From contig JBDHAC010000052.1 of assembly GCA_039588275.1 (NCBI GenBank), positions 1-26,594 of the forward strand: a DNA stretch of 26,594 bases. The letters are read 5' to 3'. Origin of the DNA: Gemmatimonadota bacterium. Lineage in GTDB: Bacteria > Gemmatimonadota > Gemmatimonadetes > Palauibacterales > Palauibacteraceae. Position numbers and translations under genes: made by a program. The first letter of the stretch is position 1, and each line of letters starts with the position of its first letter. The notes beneath the pieces were generated by a model that ran no database searches, was not told the origin of the DNA, and saw only the letters and a list, made by a program, of their open reading frames with translations. Below, piece after piece: positions 8,428-17,018 of this stretch.

Positions 8428-9918
8428 CTAAGGACTCGCCAGTCGCACTCCCGTCTCGACCCGCTGACGCCGTCTCTCCCTCACGTAGTCTGACACATGG
8501 TCACCGTAGCGGGCGACGAAGTCCTGCAGATAGTCGTCGCCGCGAATCGTCCCGCGGCAATCGGCCGAGCCGCAGCCACACTCGAAGTTCGGCATTCGCT
8601 CGTTGTAGAGCGTCGCGTAGTCCATCGTGATCTCGTCGCCGGCATCGAGCGGAGATCTCGCCACCACGTCCAGCCCCTGGAGCCATGCCGTGGGGTCGCA
8701 TGCGTGGTTGATGGGCTTCCAGTCCTCGGCATCGCGGCTCCACACCACCCACAGCTCATCCGTCAGCGGCCACGCGTGGCGCCGAAACCACTCCAGCCGC
8801 TCGTCCGTCCAATTGGCCTCCACGTGTGAGCGTGTCACCAGGGAATGAGGCTCTTCCTCGAACCGGATGATCCGCTCCCCCGCTTCGATCGGACGGGTGG
8901 CGTACAGCCCGTAGTCTTCATCCCGGCGGGCGCGCACCTCCCACCCTCGCGTCCGCCGCTCGTGTCGGCGGAACGCGGCCTCGACGATCTGGCGCGTGAA
9001 GCCCTCGTGCCCGGTGGGATCGTTCAGCAGACAGAAGTCGGCGCTCCCGGCCTCGTCAGGATCGTGGTAGACGCCGCAGTTTGGGTTTATCTCCAACATG
9101 AAGACCCGCCCCTCTGCATCCACGCGGATGTCGCAGCGGGCGTAGCCCGATCCGTTGAGACCCACGAAGAACCGCGCCGATACATCGCGGAGACGGGCGG
9201 CGAGCTCGGGGTCCTCGACAGGGAAGCTCTCCATCTGCGCGTAATCGACCCACTTCATGTCCGAGTGCTTGAAGCTCTCGCCCTCGGGGAAGCGGTACTG
9301 GACGGGGGTGTAGGTGGTCGGACTCGCGGGGTCGTCGGGGTTTTCGGCCACCAGGACGGTGCATTCGACGCCCTCGATGAACTCTTCGATCAGGGCGCCG
9401 GCAAAGCGGTCCATCATGATGTGCGCCTGCTCGCGCAACGCTTCGGGCGTCTCGACCCGCGAGTCCCGGGTCAACCCGACGCTGGCGTAGCTGCTCGGAT
9501 GCTTCACGAACATCGGGAACGTCAGCATGTCCGCAGCCCGCTCGACATCGGCCTCCGTCTCCGCGACCACGTAGCCGGGTGTATCAATGCCCCACGCCCG
9601 GCACACGCGCTTCATGACCTCGCGAGATGGCTCGTAGCACTCGGAAGCCGCACCGGTGAAAGGCACGTGGAGTCGCTCCAGCGTCTGCACCACCTCGATG
9701 CCGGGCGTGTCTTCGTCCCACGCCCCGTCGCACAGGTTGAAGAACAGGTCGAACCCCTCGCGGGAGCGAGCGATCACGCGCTGGACCGCCGTTTCTTTCT
9801 CCAGGATTTCGAGCTCCCACGTCGCCTCGGGCAGAAACGGCCGCGGGTCACACGGCCAGTCATCTTCCCGTATCGTGTCGGAGTCCAGGTCCTGGGTGGT
9901 CAGCAGGCAGATGCGCAT
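8428..9918 (-). CDS. D-Ala-D-Ala-ligase-like ATP-grasp domain fused to a SET + post-SET methyltransferase domain
   Basis: ATP-grasp motifs: FNLCDG..VPFTGA, FPMFVKHPSSYASVG, IEEFIEG.E, GYARCDIR, LEINPNCG. SET motifs: YGLYATRPIEAGE, PINHACDP, GDEITMDY; post-SET CGCGSADCRG. Confidence 0.9.
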   Translation of the reverse strand: MRICLLTTQDLDSDTIREDDWPCDPRPFLPEATWELEILEKETAVQRVIARSREGFDLFFNLCDGAWDEDTPGIEVVQTLERLHVPFTGAASECYEPSREVMKRVCRAWGIDTPGYVVAETEADVERAADMLTFPMFVKHPSSYASVGLTRDSRVETPEALREQAHIMMDRFAGALIEEFIEGVECTVLVAENPDDPASPTTYTPVQYRFPEGESFKHSDMKWVDYAQMESFPVEDPELAARLRDVSARFFVGLNGSGYARCDIRVDAEGRVFMLEINPNCGVYHDPDEAGSADFCLLNDPTGHEGFTRQIVEAAFRRHERRTRGWEVRARRDEDYGLYATRPIEAGERIIRFEEEPHSLVTRSHVEANWTDERLEWFRRHAWPLTDELWVVWSRDAEDWKPINHACDPTAWLQGLDVVARSPLDAGDEITMDYATLYNERMPNFECGCGSADCRGTIRGDDYLQDFVARYGDHVSDYVRERRRQRVETGVRLASP

Positions 9919-10021
9919 GTCATCAAGGTGTCAGCCACACTGGGACTGAGAGTTCGTTTGTATGTGTTCGGGCTCTGCAATGGATCCCGAGTGTCGACCT
10001 GCCGCCACCTCCCGCCATCCA

Positions 10022-10645
10022 CTATCGAAGCTCGACGTCCCCCGTGGGGGTCCGGATCGTGGCGACAAGGGCCGGAGCCAGCCCCGCCTCGACGCGCATG
10101 TCGGACCCTATCGCCTCCAGCATCGCCGACACGCGAGCGGGATCAGGGTGCTCGGCGCGAAGGCTCGACAGCGTGCAGCCCCCCGGGGCGTCCGTCGCGG
10201 GGTGCCGGGATGCGCCCCAGTCGATGAGGAACGGCACCACGCCCTCCGCCAGGACCGTCTCGGGATCCGTCAGGCGCCACGAGAGGAGGCTTCCGTCGGG
10301 TCTTTCCCGACTCCCGGTGAGGATCTCGCCCAGGTGGACGCCGGCGGTGGCAGCCGACTCGACACGCGCTTCGAGATCCGATTCCTTTGCCACCCAGGTC
10401 ACCAGACGCGGCGCCTCCAGCCGATCCAGTCCGAAGAGGGTCGGCGGCTCGGGGCGCGCTCGCTCGGGGTCCGGGGCGAGGATCTCCAGGTAAACGTCCG
10501 CACCGAGCGAGAGGAGCGCGTTCCGCGTGCCCCAACGTGCGTGCCGCCCGCCGGGCGCGGCCCGGACGCCCAGGAGCCGGGCGACCCGTTCCACGACGAC
10601 GCCGAGGTCCGGCGCCGCGTAGACAAGGTGGTCGATCCGGCTCAT
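10022..10645 (-). CDS. VOC family protein (Glyoxalase_3-like)
   Basis: IDHLVYAAPDL, GGRHARWGTRNALL, YLEILAPDP, PFLIDW..HP. Confidence 0.88.
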   Translation of the reverse strand: MSRIDHLVYAAPDLGVVVERVARLLGVRAAPGGRHARWGTRNALLSLGADVYLEILAPDPERARPEPPTLFGLDRLEAPRLVTWVAKESDLEARVESAATAGVHLGEILTGSRERPDGSLLSWRLTDPETVLAEGVVPFLIDWGASRHPATDAPGGCTLSSLRAEHPDPARVSAMLEAIGSDMRVEAGLAPALVATIRTPTGDVELR

Positions 10646-10660
10646 GTGCGATGCGGCAGC

Positions 10661-10710
10661 GGGGTCGCCGTCAAATTGGGGTCGCCTGTCAAACTGGGGG
10701 TCGCCGTCAG
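10661..10710. repeat. Three imperfect 17-18 bp tandem repeats GGGGTCGCC(T)GTCAAA(T/C)T
   Basis: Units at 10661-10677, 10678-10695 and 10696-10710 (partial). Confidence 0.75.
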
Positions 10711-11243
10711 AGGACGGCGGCCTTGATGCGCTCGATCTGAGCCCGGTGCACGAGATCGTGGGCCGCCAGCAGCTTCACGATATGCTCGACGCTTTCCGTC
10801 CCACGCTCCTCGTGGACTCCCGCGCGGCCGAGCTCCTCGGGGGTGAGCCCCGCGACCCAGGCCAGGTTCGCCGCGCGCAGGAACTCGATCTCCGCCAACA
10901 GGTCGGCCACGGTGTCTTCGTTGTAGCGGAGCCCGGTGGCCCAGCGATCCTGGTCGTAGCCGGCGATCGGCTCCCCCGGCTGCGCGACGCTCATCCGCAT
11001 GCGGTAGCGGTACACGAGCTCGGTGTCGGCGAGGTGTCCAACCACCTCCAGGACGGACCATTTGCCGGGAGCTTCGCGCCGCCGAAGACTCTCCTCATCC
11101 ATGTCCGCGACGGCATCGCGCAGCCAGGCCACGAGCTCCCGCTGTACATCGAACGGATCGCGGTCTCCGAGCAGATCGAGGAGCTGCCGCGTATAGGTGC
11201 CGGCGCGCTCCGCGGCGCCCGATGCTGGATTCGAGAAGTCCAT
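10707..11243 (-). CDS. DinB/YfiT-superfamily protein (BstA/YfiT-like thiol transferase candidate)
   Basis: PGKWSVLEVVGHLADTE, YDQDRWA, AAHDLVHRAQI (metal-binding His triad). Confidence 0.85.
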   Translation of the reverse strand: MDFSNPASGAAERAGTYTRQLLDLLGDRDPFDVQRELVAWLRDAVADMDEESLRRREAPGKWSVLEVVGHLADTELVYRYRMRMSVAQPGEPIAGYDQDRWATGLRYNEDTVADLLAEIEFLRAANLAWVAGLTPEELGRAGVHEERGTESVEHIVKLLAAHDLVHRAQIERIKAAVL

Positions 11244-11274
11244 ACCTGGCCTCAACCCCTGGTCTCAGCGTCTG

Positions 11275-11772
11275 CTAGGACACTCCCACGCTTGTGCTTC
11301 GTCGTTCGAGCAGCAGCACGTCACGCCACTCTCCACCCAGCTTTCCGAGCTTCTCCCGAACCCCCACTACACGAAACCCCAATCGCTCGTGCAACCGAAC
11401 GCTGGCCTCGTTCTCGCTGAACACGCCTGCCTGGAGAGTCCAGAACCCTTCGGCCTCGGAATCTTCGATCAGGCGCTCGAGGAGCGCCGATCCCACGCCC
11501 AGTCCGTGGCTCGCCGAGTCCACGTACACGCTCACCTCTGCCACCCCACCGTACACGCACCGGTCCGAGACGGGGCTCAACGCCGCCCATCCGACGACAT
11601 CCGATGGCCCGCCGATCTCGGCGACCAGGCGACACGCCGTCAGGTGGTCGCCGTCCCACTCCTCCCACTCGGGTGCCGTCGTCTCGAACGTGGCGAGGCC
11701 GGTCGCGATTCCCTGCTCGTAGATCGCGCCTACGCGCTCCCAGTCGGCGCGCGTCATCTCGCGGATGTTCAT
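11275..11772 (-). CDS. GNAT N-acetyltransferase, phosphinothricin acetyltransferase (Pat/MnaT)-like
   Basis: IYEQGIATGLATFE, AEVSVYV, GLGVGSALL, NEASVRLHERLGF, WRDVLLLERRS. Confidence 0.88.
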   Translation of the reverse strand: MNIREMTRADWERVGAIYEQGIATGLATFETTAPEWEEWDGDHLTACRLVAEIGGPSDVVGWAALSPVSDRCVYGGVAEVSVYVDSASHGLGVGSALLERLIEDSEAEGFWTLQAGVFSENEASVRLHERLGFRVVGVREKLGKLGGEWRDVLLLERRSTSVGVS

Positions 11773-11876
11773 CGCGATTCCCCCAACCCGTGGTGCACCC
11801 CGCGACCTCGATCCAGACGCAGGCGGCTAACATCTCGGGCGACCTTCGCGGGGAAGGCCGCCCGTTCATCACTCGG

Positions 11877-12440
11877 CTAGGCGGCCGGCCACAGCCACCC
11901 GAACGCACCCGCCGTGAGCAGGGCGTAAACAAGACCGTCAAACATCGACTTGAGCGTCGAGCTCCACGCCTTCTTGGTCCAGATCGAGTTCTGCAGAAGC
12001 GCCAGGGCATAGCCGACGAACGCCGTGCAGCCGGCAAAGCGGAACACCGACAGGTACTCGGCTCCCGGTCCCAGCGCCCGCCCGGCGATGTAGGCCGCGA
12101 ACAGCCCGACCACGATGCAGTAGACGAACCACTGCACGAGGCTCGCACCCATCTTGAACGGCCCGGTGGGCAACACCGTGATGAACGCTACCGGGCCTTT
12201 GTTCAGCCTTTCCTGGAACTCGGGGCTCTTGAAGGTCGCCATGTCCCCGGCGCGTGGAATCGCGTAGTCCCCAGGCGGGATGTTGAAGGGACGCAGCGCG
12301 TCCATGACCGCGTCCTCCGACGGCAACTCGCCGAAGTCGCTCTTGTGGTAGTTGAGGGCCGTGTGGATGAGCCAGCTCACCAGGAAGACGAGGACCGCCG
12401 CTAACAGGATCGGAAGCCACAGTGACGTGATCGCAACCAT
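11877..12440 (-). CDS. Conserved hypothetical membrane protein
   Basis: [13 protein letters not shown]..., four TM segments, ends FGWLWP; GGAGG RBS before ATG 12440. Confidence 0.75.
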   Translation of the reverse strand: MVAITSLWLPILLAAVLVFLVSWLIHTALNYHKSDFGELPSEDAVMDALRPFNIPPGDYAIPRAGDMATFKSPEFQERLNKGPVAFITVLPTGPFKMGASLVQWFVYCIVVGLFAAYIAGRALGPGAEYLSVFRFAGCTAFVGYALALLQNSIWTKKAWSSTLKSMFDGLVYALLTAGAFGWLWPAA

Positions 12441-12494
12441 GTTCACCTCCTCGGGCAGAAACGATGGGTCGGAAGAATCCGGTGAGGAGCCGAC

Positions 12495-13298
12495 CTAAGT
12501 TGGGCCGTGGGGGGAGGAAAGCCAACTCCTGAGTCGCGCGTAGAAGTCATCGCGCGCCTCCCGCTCCACCCATGGGAAGTGGCCGCACGCCTCCCACTCG
12601 TGGTATTCGAGGTGGCAAAGGTATCGCTCGAGGCTCGCTCTGATCAGGTGACCCGGGTGCGGGTCTCTGGCCCCATGTAGCATGAGGACCGGGGCCTCGA
12701 TCGCCGCGAAGGCGGCTGGATACACGCCCTCTCTTTGCAGCCGCAGCATGTCCTCCCACGACTCCCGGTTCGCGCGCGCATCGACGCGCTCGTTCTCCAG
12801 ATCCGTCGTGACCGGGTCGTGGGAGTAGATGGGGAGGAGCAGCTCCGCCTTGATTCTCAGCCGCTCATCCGGATCGGCGATCTCGGCCTCGAGACCGGCA
12901 ATGCGCTCACGGAGGCGCTCGTCCATGCGCTCCTTCACCGTCGCTTCGAAGCGCGCGCGGGCGAGCGGATCGAAAGTGCCGCAGCCGATCAAGACGAGCT
13001 TCAACGCCCGGTCTGGTCGAGAGGCCGCGTACGCGAGCGCCAGCATGGCTCCCCAGGAGGAGCCGGCCAGGTGGACGGGCCCTTCGCCCGAGAAGGCCAC
13101 GATGGCCTCGTGCATGTCATCGAGGTGGCGGGCTACGGTGAGCGGCGTCCCGCCGCTGCCGCGCTGGAGAGGCTCCAGAACCCGAAACTCCCCTGCCAGC
13201 TCCCGAGCGATTGGCGCCATGTGCCCGGGAGCGCCGGGCCCGCCGTGAATCAGCACCACGGGCGGGCCGCCGTGCCCGTACGTTCTCGTGTCGATCAA
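12495..13298 (-). CDS. Alpha/beta fold hydrolase (proline iminopeptidase-like)
   Basis: HGGPG oxyanion motif, nucleophile GSSWG, HGARD, CGHFPW; TTGA overlap with the upstream dinB-like gene. Confidence 0.87.
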   Translation of the reverse strand: MIDTRTYGHGGPPVVLIHGGPGAPGHMAPIARELAGEFRVLEPLQRGSGGTPLTVARHLDDMHEAIVAFSGEGPVHLAGSSWGAMLALAYAASRPDRALKLVLIGCGTFDPLARARFEATVKERMDERLRERIAGLEAEIADPDERLRIKAELLLPIYSHDPVTTDLENERVDARANRESWEDMLRLQREGVYPAAFAAIEAPVLMLHGARDPHPGHLIRASLERYLCHLEYHEWEACGHFPWVEREARDDFYARLRSWLSSPHGPT

Positions 13299-13813
13299 CC
13301 GAAGTTTTCAGGCGCCTCGTCGGCCGTCGGTCCGTACACCGCCGGAACCGGAATATCGTTCAGACGCAGATACAGACCGAGCTGCCCGCGGTGGTGGATG
13401 ATGTGGTTGATCACCATGCTCCGAAGCACGGCGATCCGCGGCATGGAGAAGATGACCTCGCCGCCCGCCAAGAACGTCCACGTTCCGAGCAGGTGCTCAT
13501 CGCTGGCGCCTTCGATCGCGGCGCGGGCGTCGGCCAGGTTATTGTCGAACGTCGCCAGCGCTTCTTCCACGGACGCGACGGGCTCGACGTGATGCGGCTC
13601 TTCCCCCACCGGAGCCATGTCGAAGCTGTCCTGCTCGATCGTCATGACGGTCCAGCTCAGCAGGTTGGCCATGTGCGTCGCCAGGCCGACGAACGCCATC
13701 GACTTCTCGTGCGGCTTCCAGTCCAGGTTGTCGTTAGGAATCCGCTCGAGGACCCTGCGGGTGTTCGCCATCTCGTGGTCGAACTCGGGCAACAAGGTTT
13801 GGCTGAGTCCCAT
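13295..13813 (-). CDS. DinB family protein
   Basis: TRRVLERIP..WKPHEKSM..LATHMA; NHIIHHRGQLGLYLRLNDIPVPAVYGP. Confidence 0.9.
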   Translation of the reverse strand: MGLSQTLLPEFDHEMANTRRVLERIPNDNLDWKPHEKSMAFVGLATHMANLLSWTVMTIEQDSFDMAPVGEEPHHVEPVASVEEALATFDNNLADARAAIEGASDEHLLGTWTFLAGGEVIFSMPRIAVLRSMVINHIIHHRGQLGLYLRLNDIPVPAVYGPTADEAPENFG

Positions 13814-13816
13814 GAT

Positions 13817-14287
13817 CTATCCTCCCTGTTTTCGTGATTCGTGTTCCTGCCCTGCCGTTTCGATCCAGTCTCGCGCCAACGGATGATAGACGGCATACGC
13901 GCTCCAGACATCCACCGCCCACTCCCTGACGAGTCTCTCGTGCTCGATCACATCCTCGGCGCCGAGGATGTGAGCGATCGTGAGCTCGCCCAGCCGCTCC
14001 AAGAGGGCGGGCTTGGCGAGGTCTTCACGCTTTCCGTTCAGCCACTGCTGTAGCGTCCGCAGCAGTTCAGGATCGCCCTTGTACTCCATCGCGCAGCACA
14101 TCCCCGTCAGGTGGGCAGCGAAGGACTTGGCCGAGATCATGTACGGATCGGGGTGTTGCAGCGAATACGTGTCCACGGTGAGCCGGTGGATCTTGCCGTA
14201 GCGGTAGTCGGAGAACTCTTTCGCGAGGATCTCCTCGAAATGCTGTTTGCATTCCGCTTCCGATGCCAGGCCGCACGAGCAGGTCAT
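13817..14287 (-). CDS. DUF5946-like protein
   Basis: HRLTVDTYSLQHP, AHLTGMC, VREWAVDVWSAY; N-terminal Cys cluster. Confidence 0.65.
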   Translation of the reverse strand: MTCSCGLASEAECKQHFEEILAKEFSDYRYGKIHRLTVDTYSLQHPDPYMISAKSFAAHLTGMCCAMEYKGDPELLRTLQQWLNGKREDLAKPALLERLGELTIAHILGAEDVIEHERLVREWAVDVWSAYAVYHPLARDWIETAGQEHESRKQGG

Positions 14288-14322
14288 CGAGCCGCTCCCG
14301 TCGATCGTCGCGCGAAGCCGAG

Positions 14323-14994
14323 TTAGGTGCCCGGCAGCGTGGAGACGAAGTCCTGAAATCGCCGTGGGTCACGCAGCGGCGAGCCGTGGCCAAAACAGAC
14401 GACGGCCGGTTCCAGCGCCGCGAGCTTCCGAGCGGAGTCGCGATTCATCCGCGGGTCCTTCGTGGCAGCCTCGAACGGCTCGGTCAGTCCCTTCCGCAAC
14501 GTGACCGGGTTACGGTGAAAGACGACATCTCCGAGGACCAGCGCGCGGTCGCTCTCCCGCCAGAACGCGAGGTGGCCCGGGGTGTGACCCGGACACGCGA
14601 TCGCGACGAAACCACCCACCTCGTCTCCCTCCTCCAGGGTGCGCGAGACGGGGTGACCGGGGCCTGCGAACGGTTTTCCGATGGCGGCGACCCAGGATCT
14701 TGGCTTCGGCAGGATCCGGCTCAGATCGCCTGACTCGACCGCCTCCCGATCTCCATCACCGCACCAGAGCGGGATCCCGAAATGCTCGCAGATCGCGTGG
14801 CTCGACCCGACGTGATCGAAATGTGCGTGGGTGACGGCGTGCGCGCGTAAATCAAGGCCGCCGACCGCCGCGAGCAGTCGACGCACCGAAAAGCGCGCCC
14901 CGGAGTCCACCAGCACGTCACCCAGCACGTAGGCGTTCACGCTCGCCAACGGTGCCAGCGGCACGCGCCACAGACCGATCGACACCTCTTCCAT
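14323..14994 (-). CDS. Metallo-beta-lactamase-fold hydrolase
   Basis: THAHFDHVG, PGHTPGH, LGDV, FGHG. Confidence 0.9.
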   Translation of the reverse strand: MEEVSIGLWRVPLAPLASVNAYVLGDVLVDSGARFSVRRLLAAVGGLDLRAHAVTHAHFDHVGSSHAICEHFGIPLWCGDGDREAVESGDLSRILPKPRSWVAAIGKPFAGPGHPVSRTLEEGDEVGGFVAIACPGHTPGHLAFWRESDRALVLGDVVFHRNPVTLRKGLTEPFEAATKDPRMNRDSARKLAALEPAVVCFGHGSPLRDPRRFQDFVSTLPGT

Positions 14995-15015
14995 CGTCAG
15001 TCCCCCGCCGTCCCA

Positions 15016-15483
15016 CTACCTCACAAACAGTACGGTGACACCGACCTTCAGGACGAGCGACCAGTCGAAGTCCTCGAAAGGCAACGTCGAGGCGATCATC
15101 ACGAACGAAGTCCGCGGGATTCCGAGCGGCACGACGGTCGAGCTCACCAGCATGGGGTATGGCGAGTAGTCGTTGGCGTCGAGCCACAGCAGCCCCGCGC
15201 CCAGACCGACAAACGCCTGGCCGACGCGAAGCACCGGGCGCTCGGCAGCGGTGATGAGCGTGGGATTCCAGCTCTCGTCGGTCCACGACACGGTCACATA
15301 GGCTCTTGCCCCCGCGAACGGTGGGGTCTCCCCGTGCAGCTCGAGCACGGGCTCGGCCGGGCGCTCGCTGAGGAGCGCTCCACCGCCGATCGTGACGAGC
15401 TGCGCCTCGGCGATGGCCGGTCCCGCCAAACCGACGAAGGCTGCGAGCAGGGCTACCCGGACGAGTCGTTTTGCGATGGTCAG
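15016..15483 (-). CDS. Exported protein, possibly a small outer-membrane beta-barrel; non-canonical start (CTG or ATC)
   Basis: Signal peptide TIAKRLVRVALLAAFVGLAGPAIAEA-Q followed by alternating beta-strand-like segments (VGLGAGLLW, WSLVLKVGVTVLF). CTGA overlaps the upstream stop, after GGGGAGG. Confidence 0.6.
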   Translation of the reverse strand: MTIAKRLVRVALLAAFVGLAGPAIAEAQLVTIGGGALLSERPAEPVLELHGETPPFAGARAYVTVSWTDESWNPTLITAAERPVLRVGQAFVGLGAGLLWLDANDYSPYPMLVSSTVVPLGIPRTSFVMIASTLPFEDFDWSLVLKVGVTVLFVR

Positions 15484-15989
15484 CCGTCCTCCCCATCCGT
15501 TGGTTGCCGCGGCAGGCGCAATGCCCAGCGCCTCACCGTCCTTTTGTATTCGCGGTACGGCTCTCCGAATCGGCCTTCGAGCTGCGGCTCTTCGTAAAGG
15601 ACCACGAACGCGTGGACGAGGATGAAGAGCAGCCCGGCGAACAGTAGCATGGAGGCGGAACCGTGCCACAGACCGAACCCGACGAGCATGGCCAGTCCAC
15701 CGACGTACATGGGGTTCCGAACCCACAGATAAGGCCCGGAGACGACGAATCGGGCGGGTGGGTCGAACGGTGCCGGCGTCCCGCGCCCCCGCGCGACGAA
15801 CGAGGCGACGCAAGTGATCGCGACTGCCGTGCCCAGTGCCATCAGGAATGCACCCACCACTCGGCTGACGGCCGGCAACCGTATACCGATGGCCGGATCG
15901 TAGACCCGCACTTGCAGCGCCACCCAACCCCAGAGGCCGATGAAGACGCTCGCGTAGACGATGGACCTCAGGGCGGCGAAGAGTCGCAT
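15480..15989 (-). CDS. Isoprenylcysteine carboxyl methyltransferase / PEMT family membrane methyltransferase
   Basis: GRGTPAPFDPP..VVSGPYLWVRNPMYVG, YEEPQLEGRFGEPYREYKRTVRRW. Confidence 0.88.
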   Translation of the reverse strand: MRLFAALRSIVYASVFIGLWGWVALQVRVYDPAIGIRLPAVSRVVGAFLMALGTAVAITCVASFVARGRGTPAPFDPPARFVVSGPYLWVRNPMYVGGLAMLVGFGLWHGSASMLLFAGLLFILVHAFVVLYEEPQLEGRFGEPYREYKRTVRRWALRLPRQPTDGEDG

Positions 15990-16002
15990 CGGGAGCCTTC
16001 CT

Positions 16003-16737
16003 CTACCCGGTCGACACCGGCGTCAGGCGCGCCAGGTATTCGCCGCTCTCCTCCGCGAGCAGCACTTTGCACTCCCAGCCGCCCAGCGCCGTATGGTGCT
16101 CCAGCGTCCGTGCATCGACGTGCAACCAGCTGCAGTAGGGTCCGACCCGATCCTCGAATTCGAACTGCACCCGCGTCTCTCCTACGTACCTACCGGCTTC
16201 CCGATTGGCCTCGTGATAGGCGAGATGCTCTGGATCGTCCGTGCGGCGCACGTCCAGCGAATCGGTGAGCAGCTGCCCGTCTTTGCCGGTCAACCGACGC
16301 GTCCGGACGAGGAAGCTTCGTAGCCCGGAGAGATCTCCCACAATCCCGATGCCGTGCCCCAGCATCAGCAACGTGTCGAACGGTCCTCCCTCGAAATCGA
16401 GAACGTCGACACAGCGCACATCGCTCAACCCGCGCTCGATCATGATATCCACCGCATCGGGGTTGATGTCCAGCGCCGTGACCCTCCGGCCTTCCGATTC
16501 CAGGAAGAGGCTGTGCAGCCCGCTCCCGGCACCGATGTCCAGCACGCGCCCGCGACAGTGTTTCAGCGCCATCACCTCGATGGGCCAGAATTCATCGGGC
16601 GAGCGAAAGAACAGGCTCGCCGGCAGGAACGCTTCGACGCCGTCGTCGCGTCGGACCAGGAGCTGCGCCCCGACGTCGCCGCGAAAGTACGCGCGGAGCG
16701 CGAGCCCGTGCGGGACCATCGACTCGGGGTCCATCAC
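16003..16737 (-). CDS. Class I SAM-dependent methyltransferase
   Basis: GRVLDIGAGSG, VTALDI, FDTLLMLGHGIG. Confidence 0.85.
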   Translation of the reverse strand: MMDPESMVPHGLALRAYFRGDVGAQLLVRRDDGVEAFLPASLFFRSPDEFWPIEVMALKHCRGRVLDIGAGSGLHSLFLESEGRRVTALDINPDAVDIMIERGLSDVRCVDVLDFEGGPFDTLLMLGHGIGIVGDLSGLRSFLVRTRRLTGKDGQLLTDSLDVRRTDDPEHLAYHEANREAGRYVGETRVQFEFEDRVGPYCSWLHVDARTLEHHTALGGWECKVLLAEESGEYLARLTPVSTG

Positions 16738-16991
16738 GCCTCGTCCGGTCCGGCATCTTCCGACCGACGATCTGCCGGTCGGGCATCCATCGGTCGGGTA
16801 TTCGTCCTTCGCCCGAGCCGGTCTCCGGCCATCCAGATGAGTACCGTCCAGGCGATGACCGCGATGATGACGGATACGGAGACGGAAACGACCGGACTCA
16901 AGGAAACACCGATCAGACCGCCCACCACCAGGTCGAGGATCAGGTAGCTGAGACCACCGACGGCGACCACGAACAGCGCGATCCTACCCAT
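16734..16991 (-). CDS. Small 2-TM hypothetical protein
   Basis: Two hydrophobic segments; GTGA coupling to the downstream gene. Confidence 0.55.
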   Translation of the reverse strand: MGRIALFVVAVGGLSYLILDLVVGGLIGVSLSPVVSVSVSVIIAVIAWTVLIWMAGDRLGRRTNTRPMDARPADRRSEDAGPDEA

Positions 16992-17018
16992 ATCCCTGTC
17001 TGGACTGGACCGGGGCTC

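Noticed and set aside
8428..9918. Housekeeping ddl or vanA-type ligase
   Set aside because: The N-terminus lacks the GGxSxEH motif, the protein carries a SET fusion, and there is no cell-wall or van gene context.
8845..10227. 460-aa plus-strand ORF and other long antisense or alternative-frame ORFs (e.g. 4605..5738, 4919..6022, 12735..13592)
   Set aside because: They overlap motif-supported genes, are Arg/Pro/Gly-rich and show no recognisable motifs. These are typical shadow ORFs of high-GC DNA.
10661..10710. CRISPR array
   Set aside because: The repeats are only 17-18 bp, directly adjacent with no spacers, and there are no cas genes.
11275..11772. arsN1 (arsinothricin acetyltransferase) forming an ars system with the ArsM-like gene
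   Set aside because: It lies more than 11 kb away, no other ars genes are present, and it cannot be told apart from generic Pat/MnaT GNATs by eye.
14323..14994. True beta-lactamase resistance gene
   Set aside because: There is no signal peptide, and the HAHFDH and PGHTPGH motifs are generic for cytoplasmic glyoxalase-II-like MBL-fold hydrolases.
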